Source: Thermodesulfovibrionia bacterium (lineage in GTDB: Bacteria; Nitrospirota; Thermodesulfovibrionia; UBA6902). Taken from it: 64,000 nucleotides of DNA. Below, one piece after another: positions 51,901 through 59,878 of the stretch; position 1 is the stretch's first letter; the number at the start of each line of letters is the position of its first letter. The stretch is taken from positions 28,647-92,646 of the forward strand of contig JAGVGM010000349.1 of NCBI GenBank assembly GCA_020057065.1, in the 5' to 3' direction. Both the position numbers and the translations under genes were made by a program. Under the pieces are notes generated by a model, which was given only the letters and a program-made list of their open reading frames with translations, did no database searches and had not been told where the DNA came from.

Positions 51901-53711
51901 AGGACTTCTACTCTGCATTCACAGCCGCATACAGGGAAGGGCATGAGACATATTATCAGTGGCCTGCGTTTAATCTCAGAAGGGAAGTTGAGGAGAGCGA
52001 AGAGGCAAAGATACTGAAAAGGATTTCGGCTGTCGTGAAGTCGCTTACATTTGAACTTGACTGGTGGGAGATCAGGCAGCATCTGGACCGGCTTCCGGCG
52101 ATGTGCAGGGAAGACCTGGGCTATGAGCTTTTCAATGCGCCTGTCTGCAAATGTAATTTCAGGTCCGGCGATGAGCCGCCGCAGGCTGAAAACGATCTCA
52201 CCCGGAAATGCAGGACAGGCATATTGAACTTCCTGAGACTGATTCAAGCGCCTGAGAACAGGGAAAAGATAGATTCATACCTCCTCGGGGCCGGCGATTC
52301 CGGCAGGACGGATATTGCAGGGAAGATATCTTCCATACTGAATTCAAAATTAACCGACGCGGGACTGCCGCTGATATATCCGCTGCTTACCGATGAAGCG
52401 CTTGAGGAGATGGAAAAGGCCTTCAAGGGAAGATGGAAGATAAAAGAGGTCAGGGTCAGGGATTTCATTGACGCCGTCAAAGGCAGGAGGCTGAAATACG
52501 GTGATCTCAGAAACATGTTTTTCAAATGGCTCGGCAGTGATGAAGAGACCATTGTATGGATAAAGGACGAAGACGAGCACGGCGTCTCTTTGCTCAGGGA
52601 AGAGCTTTGCAAGTACGGCCCGCAGGGCGAAAGGATATCGCGTGAGATTGCAGGAGATGCTGCGGCAGCAGGCCCGGCATTTAAAGGCGGCGTCTATAAA
52701 GGAGACGGTCTTAAACAGGCAGAGGAGAGATTGAGGGAAGAAGGCAGGCTGGATCTGTTTGAAGGGATAAAGCTGACAACATTTTCAACGGATGAGCTTT
52801 TTTCTTTTCTGAACACGGAAAAGATCGGTCATCTTAAAAAGATGCTGCGTGAGGAGATATTCCACCGCTCATGGGGAAAGATAATAAGCGAAGACAAAAT
52901 CAGGGCCACGGAAGATGGGGCGATGAAAGACCTGCTGAATATAATCAGACTCACGGGAGAGGAAAGCAGATACAAGGGTGTTGAAAGATTTACAAAGGTC
53001 ATTGCGCCCATGAACCTGATTGTCGAAAAACTCAGGCATGATAATTCGTATAAGGACAACTTCTCCGGCGGTATTATGGAGAAGATTGAAGACAGGTTCG
53101 CACAGTTTTGCAGGGAATACGAAAAGAACAAGGCAGACGCAAACGATATATCGGGACTAAAGGAAAAGCTTCAGGGCCTGGTGTTAATTTTTGACGGGCT
53201 GAGGTATGACCTCTGGCTCATGCTCAGGGAGGCGCTGATTAATGAAGGCATGAAACTGAGCGAAGGGCCGTTAATTATTGATGCGCCGACATCCACATTG
53301 AATTTCCGCAAGGCAATGAGCCTTGAGGATGAAGGTCATTTTAACGGCAGGAGTTATGTCCTTGTAAAATGGGCCGAGAAGGCGTCCGGCAAAAGAGAGC
53401 TGAGAAAAGTAATGAAACTGCAGAAAGACATAAAGTTTCTGCATTTCAATTTCATTGACTCAAAAGTCCACGGCTCAACACTCGACCTGTATCCGCTTTT
53501 TTTGAGCGTAAAGAGCGAGTTCATCTCCGGCATTATTCCGCTGCTTAAGGAGATGAATTCTTTTTACATCATATCCGACCACGGCTTTACCGACACAAAA
53601 AAATTTAAAGACAGATACGCTCACGGCGGCGGCAGCGCATGGGAAACCGTGATTCCTTTTGCGGAGGTAAACTGCAGGACCGGAGCGGGGAAAATGGAAG
53701 GGAAGATTTGA
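48996..53711 (+). CDS. BrxC/DUF6079-like P-loop ATPase fused to a C-terminal PglZ-like (alkaline phosphatase superfamily) domain
   Basis: GNYGSGKSH Walker A, IIIDELSEFL Walker B, YPLHP, C..PVCKCNF; C-terminal FDGLRYDLW, IISDHGF, YAHGGGS..E..IP. Confidence 0.75.
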   Translation: MTMKLRDIIEIPEVKLVIELDDADKDPDGITSSFVFTGEIQDSLDAILNRINKGQGCGIFIKGNYGSGKSHFLSYLYLLLKNKEFLPLPPVEREIEGRTLPDTSGERELNAIKISLVKYPASRSLESIVLSSLGYKGEVTDRQETFKDIINNRTVIIIDELSEFLRSKPAPSAFYEDIRFLQFLGEFSFHHPLWIIASLQEWIEETGHISSNIFNRIKDRYPLRINLSSSHIEDIIDRRIIIKKDGAEEVIKAVFFELKKYYPHMLIKYDDFRKTYPLHPFTVRFLSGLTPVFSQHRGVIHFVFSEAGKILDEPVDVLITPDAIFNHFEERIREVPEYSPLVRVVYDYYKDNIGGILDQPVQREAGLAAIKILILTEISPFEKRKTANELAEILLKKISTLTSRINYEFIKDGVLEPLASHQMYINKEGDAYYVDPRVDEGIRIKARIKALRERFEDRDYLFSEICNMLNLPYLPLRDVKEGRKYKFVWQNSMRECAVYVNASEHIKRTDMERMTEGLEKRLDGYFIILSPFSRGKAQLTALLNTFPSPFLSALIFWMPRGMTEEETLFVEEFIARSHLVREFPAAGAQVKKDEAGFREVMTRIFFEGEIFFASGGSVENLKEIGYLPVEKLLAHLFDRPLSELHPNHYRIMPRIEYFSSHHLSGLFSHFIKQGKITLEDAEKKGLTPYIKGLLEPLGIIKKKGGSFLISLDVENELVSQILNLVSQEDSLPHLKNALRKGKWGMGEEQINLIISAFVVSGHLIPYGRDEIVELREITQLATGEILKLRAGKTLLPDLLGYLQLGKFIWGEVEDVPTPLTQKLMWKETAAFVRKGRDLLKSVSLYTEKYRDYSILKKLRLDSALLNKLSLFFNSMPVSLQPAEGLERALAYLKDNPGLEGELKYPEKVHTFFSDHIQMMNKYYLYLVHPSLKLTTASGLDEAKDVILSAMEDYLNSFSVEFSEIKVKWEDFYSAFTAAYREGHETYYQWPAFNLRREVEESEEAKILKRISAVVKSLTFELDWWEIRQHLDRLPAMCREDLGYELFNAPVCKCNFRSGDEPPQAENDLTRKCRTGILNFLRLIQAPENREKIDSYLLGAGDSGRTDIAGKISSILNSKLTDAGLPLIYPLLTDEALEEMEKAFKGRWKIKEVRVRDFIDAVKGRRLKYGDLRNMFFKWLGSDEETIVWIKDEDEHGVSLLREELCKYGPQGERISREIAGDAAAAGPAFKGGVYKGDGLKQAEERLREEGRLDLFEGIKLTTFSTDELFSFLNTEKIGHLKKMLREEIFHRSWGKIISEDKIRATEDGAMKDLLNIIRLTGEESRYKGVERFTKVIAPMNLIVEKLRHDNSYKDNFSGGIMEKIEDRFAQFCREYEKNKADANDISGLKEKLQGLVLIFDGLRYDLWLMLREALINEGMKLSEGPLIIDAPTSTLNFRKAMSLEDEGHFNGRSYVLVKWAEKASGKRELRKVMKLQKDIKFLHFNFIDSKVHGSTLDLYPLFLSVKSEFISGIIPLLKEMNSFYIISDHGFTDTKKFKDRYAHGGGSAWETVIPFAEVNCRTGAGKMEGKI

Positions 53712-53949
53712 AAAATTTCGACAGGTTAAAATATAGAATAGACCGAAATCATATTGTTTGGATTTAAATATACCGATATTGTTATAATTATAGATTCTTT
53801 TATCAAATATATTCGCTGTTTACTCCTCCAGTTTAAATGAATAGCGAGCGTCAAGAGAGCGAATATAAAAATAATAATTCATTACATTAAGATTCCCCGC
53901 AGCTTGCTGAGGGAATCTTTAATGGCAATAAACCTCAAGGAGCAATACA

Positions 53950-54747
53950 ATGAGAAAAATGGATGTAGTAGAACCGGTAAAGTTGTCATTGGGTTCAAAA
54001 TTTAAATTCAGATGTCATAAAGGGATAAAATGCTTCACAAGATGCTGCAGTAATATAGATATCCTTTTAACTCCTTATGATGTTGTACGCCTTAAAAACA
54101 GGCTCGGACTATCCTCAGAAGAATTTCTGGAGAAATATACTTACATGAAGGTTGATGAACCATCTTCTCATCTCTATGCCATGCTGAAAATGAATGAGGA
54201 TGCAGGAAGGCCATGCCCTTTTGTCACGCCGGATGGGTGTACTATTTATACGGACCGCCCGGCCAATTGCCGTTATTACCCTATAGGGCAGGGCACATTA
54301 AAGAGAGAGAATAAGGACGGCGTCTTTGATGAAGAGTTCTACTTTTTCATAAGGGAGCCTCATTGTTATGGTTATCACGAAAAAAAGCAGTGGACGGTTG
54401 AATCATGGAGGCAGGATCAGAATGTTGATCAGTATGACAGCATAAACAAAGAATGGAAGACCATTCAGTTAAGAAGGAATCTCCTGGGACAGCCTCCGCT
54501 TGATGAGAAAAAGCAGATGCAGTTTTACATGGCAAGTTATGACTCCGACCGTTTCAGGAGATTTATTTTTGAGAGCAATTTCCTGAACGTATTTGATCTT
54601 GACGAAGAGACCATCGAAAAAATTAGGACGGATGAGGTGGAACTGATCAAATTCGGGGCAAAATACATTAAATACGTTATGATGCTTGAGGAAACACTGA
54701 AGGTTAAAGAAAAGGTACTGAAGGAGAAGGAGAAGAAAGGGAAGTAG
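53950..54747 (+). CDS. YkgJ family CxxCxxCC cysteine-cluster protein
   Basis: FRCHKGIKCFTRCC, CPF...GCTIYTDRPANCRYYP. Confidence 0.9.
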   Translation: MRKMDVVEPVKLSLGSKFKFRCHKGIKCFTRCCSNIDILLTPYDVVRLKNRLGLSSEEFLEKYTYMKVDEPSSHLYAMLKMNEDAGRPCPFVTPDGCTIYTDRPANCRYYPIGQGTLKRENKDGVFDEEFYFFIREPHCYGYHEKKQWTVESWRQDQNVDQYDSINKEWKTIQLRRNLLGQPPLDEKKQMQFYMASYDSDRFRRFIFESNFLNVFDLDEETIEKIRTDEVELIKFGAKYIKYVMMLEETLKVKEKVLKEKEKKGK

Positions 54748-54925
54748 TGCTAAAGCGCGGAAGCGATGAAGCAGGTTTTGCATATATCATATTTTGTCTT
54801 AATGTCATTCCCGCTTGTCGGGAATCTTTCCCGATCAGGCATGTAGATTCCGGACAAGCCGGAATGACGAACTCTGAAATATATGGTTTACTAAAGCAGA
54901 AATATTTTTTAAAGGAGGACTTACA

Positions 54926-55720
54926 ATGGATTGGGGAATGAAAAATCGTTTGGCACAAATTATTAAACCGGATGGGCACTGTTTTTTTATGCCGATTGAC
55001 CATGGGTATTTTCTTGGTCCCACATCAAAACTTGAAAAACCCGGCGAGACCATCAAATCTATCGTTCGTTACAGCGATGCCCTGTTTGTCACCAGGGGTG
55101 TTTTGCGTTCATGCATTGATCCTGAAAACAGCCTTCCTGTCATACTCCGCGTTTCAGGCGGCTCCAGCGTTATAGGCAAAGACCTCGCGAATGAAAGCAT
55201 CACTACATCAATTGAAGAGGCCATAAGGCTGAATGTAGCTGCGGTAGGGCTATCGATCTTTGTGGGCACTGAATATGAGCACCAGACACTCATGAACCTC
55301 TCAAATCTGGTGAATGAATGCGAGAAATACGGAATACCTGTTATGGCGGTTACCGCGGTCGGCAAAGAACTTGAGAAAAGGGACGCCCGCTACCTTTCAC
55401 TATGCTGCCGTATTGCAGCAGAGCTCGGGGCCAGAGTTGTAAAGACCTACTGGTGCGAGAATTTTGAGAAAGTCACAAACAGCTGTCCTGTACCGATAGT
55501 GATTGCCGGTGGACCAAAATGCGAGACAGAGCTTCAGGTTTTTGATTTCGTTCATGATGGAATGCAGAAAGGCGCGATAGGCGTTAATCTCGGCAGGAAC
55601 GTATGGCAGCACGCGTATCCGGCAGCCATGGCAAAGGCATTGAGGGCCGTGATCCATCAGAAAGCTACGCCGAAGGACGCGCTTGAGATCTTTAATGAGG
55701 AGAAGAATAAGGCAAAATAA
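54926..55720 (+). CDS. lsrF: LsrF-like class I aldolase/thiolase
   Basis: MDWGMKNRLA..I, DHGYFLGP, ELGARVVKTY, IAGGPK, GRNVWQ. Confidence 0.85.
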   Translation: MDWGMKNRLAQIIKPDGHCFFMPIDHGYFLGPTSKLEKPGETIKSIVRYSDALFVTRGVLRSCIDPENSLPVILRVSGGSSVIGKDLANESITTSIEEAIRLNVAAVGLSIFVGTEYEHQTLMNLSNLVNECEKYGIPVMAVTAVGKELEKRDARYLSLCCRIAAELGARVVKTYWCENFEKVTNSCPVPIVIAGGPKCETELQVFDFVHDGMQKGAIGVNLGRNVWQHAYPAAMAKALRAVIHQKATPKDALEIFNEEKNKAK

Positions 55721-55758
55721 AATTTCAAATTAGAAATTTCAAATCTCAAATTCAAGCT

Positions 55759-56793
55759 ATGCGTGTTTTAATGTATTACAACAATAAGGATGTTCGTGTT
55801 GAAGAGATGCCTGTCCCTAAGATAGGGCAGGGGGAGCTGCTTGTTAAGGTCCATGCAAGCGGTATTTGCGGCAGTGATGTTATGGAATGGTACAGGATAA
55901 AAAAGGCGCCGCGGGTACTGGGGCATGAAATAACCGGAGAAATTGTTGAGGTTGGAGAGGGTGTGAAGGATTATAAAAAAGGGGACAGGGTATTTGTTTC
56001 TCATCATGTGCCCTGCAATAAGTGTTATTACTGCCTGAAGGGTTCTCATACAGCATGTGATACTTTGCATAGGACAAACTATGACCCGGGAGGATTTGCA
56101 GAATATATCAGGATTCCCAAAATCAACGTTGACAGAGGTGTTTATATATTGCCCGATGGTATGTCATATGAAGAAGGCACATTCATAGAGCCCTTGGCTT
56201 GCGTTGTGCGCGGACAGAGGCTGGCAGGATTAAAACCGGGACAGACCGTTCTGATAATAGGCAGCGGAATTTCCGGTCTGATCCACATATCTCTTGCACG
56301 TGCACTCGGTGCAGGTAAAATCATTGCTACTGATATAAGTGAATACCGTATGAAAGCCGCTGAACGCTTTGGCGCCGATGCTGTAATAAATGCAAAGGAC
56401 GATGTTCCTCAAAAACTTCTGGAGTTTAATGATAACAGGCTTGCCGATCTTGTAATTGTATGCGCCGGCGCGCTGTCGGCATCAACAACTGCTTTGAGTT
56501 GCATTGACCATGGAGGCGCCGGTCTGTTTTTCGCCGTGCCGGAGCCGGAGATCATGGTTCCGGTCCCGATGAACGATATGTGGCGCAATGAAATAACACT
56601 GATGACATCTTATGGCGCAAGTCCTCTGGACCTTGATATTGCAATAAAGCTTATGCAAAACCGGAGGGTTAATTTAAGCGGAATGATCACGCATAAACTG
56701 AATTTTGATGAATGCGGACCTGGTTTTCAGCTTGTGGCAGAGGCGAGAGATTCGATAAAAGTGATCTTTGAACCGCAGAGGAATGGGAAGTAA
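55759..56793 (+). CDS. Zinc-dependent (sorbitol/threonine-type) dehydrogenase
   Basis: GICGSD, GHE, CxxCxxC...C, GSGISG. Confidence 0.88.
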   Translation: MRVLMYYNNKDVRVEEMPVPKIGQGELLVKVHASGICGSDVMEWYRIKKAPRVLGHEITGEIVEVGEGVKDYKKGDRVFVSHHVPCNKCYYCLKGSHTACDTLHRTNYDPGGFAEYIRIPKINVDRGVYILPDGMSYEEGTFIEPLACVVRGQRLAGLKPGQTVLIIGSGISGLIHISLARALGAGKIIATDISEYRMKAAERFGADAVINAKDDVPQKLLEFNDNRLADLVIVCAGALSASTTALSCIDHGGAGLFFAVPEPEIMVPVPMNDMWRNEITLMTSYGASPLDLDIAIKLMQNRRVNLSGMITHKLNFDECGPGFQLVAEARDSIKVIFEPQRNGK

Positions 56794-56947
56794 TATCAAA
56801 TTTAAATTAGAAAAATCCCCCTTTATCCCCCTTTTCCAAAGTGGGAGTTATTTAATTCCCCTCTATCAAGAGGGGATTGAGGGGTGTGTTCCCCTCTTTG
56901 GCAAAGAGGGGTTAGGGGAGATTTTTTAAAACATTGGAGGAAACATC

Positions 56948-57859
56948 ATGTCTCTACTTGTTGTAGGCTCCGTAGCATTTGATTCTGTAAAAACTCCGTT
57001 TGGTGAGGTTGATGAGGTGCTGGGAGGTTCTGCCACTTATTTTTCGACTGCGGCAAGTTATTTTACCAGCGTATCGATCGTAGCGGTTGTGGGCACTGAT
57101 TTTCCGGACAAACACCTGATGTTTCTTAAAAGCCGCAAGATTGATATTGAAGGGATTGAAAAACAGCCGGGTAAAACCTTCAGATGGAAAGGTGAATATG
57201 GATATGAATTGAACGAGGCGCGTACGCTCGATACGCAGCTTAATGTGTTTCAGTCCTTTAAGCCGAGACTGCCCGAAAATTATAAAAACAAAAAAATAGT
57301 CTTTCTCGCCAATATAGATCCTGATTTGCAAAGAGAAGTACTGGCCCAGGTCAAAGAACCAGCGCTTGTCGCCTGCGATACGATGAACTTCTGGATAGGG
57401 GGGAAAAAGAAATCTTTACTTGAAACTTTAAAATTAGTTGATATACTTCTTATTAATGATGGAGAGGCGAGAGAGCTTTCGGGAGAGCCGAACCTTGTTA
57501 AGGCTGCGAAAGCGATACTCTCATACGGGCCTAAAACGCTTATCATTAAGCGCGGTGAGTACGGAGCGCTTATGTTCAGTGATAAAAAAATATTTACAGC
57601 TCCTGCATACCCTCTTGAATCGGTCTTTGACCCTACAGGCGCCGGAGACTGCTTTGCAGGCGGGTTTATGGGTTACCTTGCAAATACGATGAACTTTGAA
57701 GAATCAAATATACGTAAGGCAATAATCTTCGGAAGCGTTATGGCGTCTTTTAACGTTGAGGCCTTCAGCCTTGACAGAATTAAAAGTCTCGATTATTCTG
57801 AAATAGAGAACAGATACAGGGAATTTAAGGGATTGACCCATTTTGAGGATTTGACATAG
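56948..57859 (+). CDS. PfkB family carbohydrate/nucleoside kinase
   Basis: LGGSATY, DPTGAGDCFAGG. Confidence 0.9.
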   Translation: MSLLVVGSVAFDSVKTPFGEVDEVLGGSATYFSTAASYFTSVSIVAVVGTDFPDKHLMFLKSRKIDIEGIEKQPGKTFRWKGEYGYELNEARTLDTQLNVFQSFKPRLPENYKNKKIVFLANIDPDLQREVLAQVKEPALVACDTMNFWIGGKKKSLLETLKLVDILLINDGEARELSGEPNLVKAAKAILSYGPKTLIIKRGEYGALMFSDKKIFTAPAYPLESVFDPTGAGDCFAGGFMGYLANTMNFEESNIRKAIIFGSVMASFNVEAFSLDRIKSLDYSEIENRYREFKGLTHFEDLT

Positions 57860-57985
57860 AGAAAAAAACATTAAGGATGTTATTGTCCGAAAAATCTCCC
57901 CTATCCCCTCTTTGCCAAAGAGGGGTAAAATGTTTCCCCCTTTGAAAAAGGGGGATGAAGGGGGATTTTTTAAAATATAAATACC

Positions 57986-58813
57986 ATGACCGATTCATTA
58001 AAACAGTATGTTCAGCAGATCACGCAACTTCCAACTATTCCTGTTGTTGCAGAGCAAATATTAAAACTTGTTCATGATGAGCGTACATCAGTTGATAAAT
58101 TGAGCAACATCATTGAGAATGATCCTCCCATAACGGCAAAAATACTGAGTGTCGCCAATTCAGCTTTTTTCGGATATAAAGTAATGACCAGGACCATACA
58201 TGATGCGATTCTAAGGATCGGATTTAACAATGTCAGAGATGTGGCTCTCGGAGTATCTTTAATGACTGTTTTTGAGGATAGGGAAGGCAGGCTTAGAGCA
58301 TTTGATTATCAGAGGATCTTTAATCATTCGGTAACCGTAGGAGCAGTTGCGCAGTTAATATCAAAAGACCTTAAGCTGAAATTTACCGATGAAGTTTTTA
58401 TGAACGGGATATTACATGATCTGGGATATTTAGTGCTTAATAAATATTTCCCTGATACATATATGCAGGTTTTGGGCGTATTTGAAAAGATAAAGGACCT
58501 TCTTGAAGCTGAAGAAGCGGTCTTTGATTTCACCCATGCTGAGATCGGCGCCTGGCTTGCTGAAAAATGGAATCTGCCGGAAGGGGTACAGAATTCGGTC
58601 CTTTACCATCACAAACCGTCACTCGCAACAGGAAATTCAGATCGTGTTGCCGTTATCCATATTGCAGATTATATAGTAAGCAGAGGGTTATTCAGTGTAA
58701 TAAGTGAGAACCCGAACTATCCTCTTGATCCAGCAGCTCTCAGCATACTGAAAATATCAGAAGATTATATTAAAGAAGTGGAAGGGAAGATCAATACCGG
58801 GGAATTTTTTTAG
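57986..58813 (+). CDS. HDOD domain protein
   Basis: LPTIP, DPPITAKILSVANS, GILHDLG, HAEIGAWLAEKWNLP. Confidence 0.9.
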   Translation: MTDSLKQYVQQITQLPTIPVVAEQILKLVHDERTSVDKLSNIIENDPPITAKILSVANSAFFGYKVMTRTIHDAILRIGFNNVRDVALGVSLMTVFEDREGRLRAFDYQRIFNHSVTVGAVAQLISKDLKLKFTDEVFMNGILHDLGYLVLNKYFPDTYMQVLGVFEKIKDLLEAEEAVFDFTHAEIGAWLAEKWNLPEGVQNSVLYHHKPSLATGNSDRVAVIHIADYIVSRGLFSVISENPNYPLDPAALSILKISEDYIKEVEGKINTGEFF

Positions 58814-58906
58814 TCGGCTTTTTGTTGTCATTCCATTGAAAAATAGGAATCCAGTCATTTCTTGTCATTCCGGCTTGTCCGGAATCTTTTCCAAATAAAA
58901 AAGTGT

Positions 58907-58935
58907 TTGACAAACCAGCGGGTTTTTGGTATCGT
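58907..58935 (+). promoter_or_regulatory. Putative sigma70 promoter
   Basis: TTGACA-17 bp-TATCGT with an extended -10 TG. Confidence 0.6.
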
Positions 58936-59095
58936 TTCAGGCATAAACCTTATTCTTCAGAAGCGGGGGATATGCCAAACTTTTTATTCAAGGGTATTTT
59001 AAACCATTCCAAAGACATCAATTCCCTCAAAACGTCATTTTGTAGACAGACAGACAGACAGAATCTAAGTCTTATTCAGAAAAATTTTAAATTGC

Positions 59096-59134
59096 AAACG
59101 GGTGTGTCATGCGGCACGCCCGTTTTGTTTTTTT
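59096..59134 (+). terminator. Intrinsic terminator-like hairpin upstream of the lipoprotein gene
   Basis: AAACGGGTGTGTC-ATGC-GGCACGCCCGTTT followed by TGTTTTTTT. Confidence 0.7.
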
Positions 59135-59210
59135 AACAGGGATCAGAATTTGTAAGATCAAAATAATTCAAGGCGGATTCCGCTTTCTATCTTTTATTAT
59201 GGAGGTAATT

Positions 59211-59576
59211 ATGAAGGTAAAGATTGTTTTGTTATTTATGGCGCTGGGGCTTTGCATGATCATGATTTCTGGCTGCGCCTATAAATCTATCAAACATGGA
59301 GAAGAAATAACAGATGAACAGGTGGCAAAGATCGTTGATGGTAAGACTGCAAAAGAAGAGATATTTATAGAATTTGGCAACCCGAGCAAAACAATGGATA
59401 ATGAAAAAGTATTTTTTTATAACTGGACGCGGGGAAGCAAGTCCAGTTTTTTAGGACTGGGAGGTGGAACAGCATATACACACAGCCTCGTGATAGTTTT
59501 TGACGAGAAAGGCGTAGTAAAGAGCCACAAGATTACACGCGGGGCAACCGAAGGCGCCGTAGGCGTGAATGATTAA
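59211..59576 (+). CDS. Lipoprotein, SmpA/OmlA (BamE-like) fold
   Basis: GGAGG RBS; lipobox ISGC; IVDGKTAKEEIFIEFGNP...LVIVFDEKGVV. Confidence 0.75.
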   Translation: MKVKIVLLFMALGLCMIMISGCAYKSIKHGEEITDEQVAKIVDGKTAKEEIFIEFGNPSKTMDNEKVFFYNWTRGSKSSFLGLGGGTAYTHSLVIVFDEKGVVKSHKITRGATEGAVGVND

Positions 59577-59878
59577 TATTAGGATGTTATCTGTGCGAAT
59601 TATTTACACCTGAAAAAGCGATTTACCACGGAGGACACAAAGAGCATTTAGCGTATAGCGTGTATTTTCATTTCCTAAATGCGGTAATCCCCAATTCTGA
59701 TGTGGTATTCAGACTCACTGCCTGTGAGTTTAACACATATAGTTTTGTTCCCCTCCTTGGAAAAGGGGGGTGAGGGGGTAAAGAAAAATTTGTATTGCAA
59801 TACAATGAAAGCCGAAAAACGGATGTGGTTTTTTTTAACATTAACTAAAAAACGCTCTAATAATGGAGGGGGCGTATC

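Noticed and set aside
53809-53918. Two hairpins upstream of the YkgJ gene as a riboswitch
   Set aside because: No recognisable aptamer motif; the second hairpin (GATTCCCCGCAGCTTGCTGAGGGAATC) looks like a mobile-element-derived palindrome.
54747-54941. Short ORFs over intergenic repeats (also 8732-8972, 48372-48578, 48751-48951, 59700-59891)
   Set aside because: Their translations are repeat-derived (VIPACRES, SPNPCL, FPSLEKGG); no independent coding evidence.
54926-57859. AI-2 (lsr) quorum-sensing operon
   Set aside because: Only an LsrF-like gene is present, with no lsrABCD/K/R/G; more likely generic sugar metabolism.
59109-59210. N-terminal extension of the lipoprotein ORF
   Set aside because: It starts inside the terminator hairpin; the RBS and signal peptide fit the ATG at 59211.
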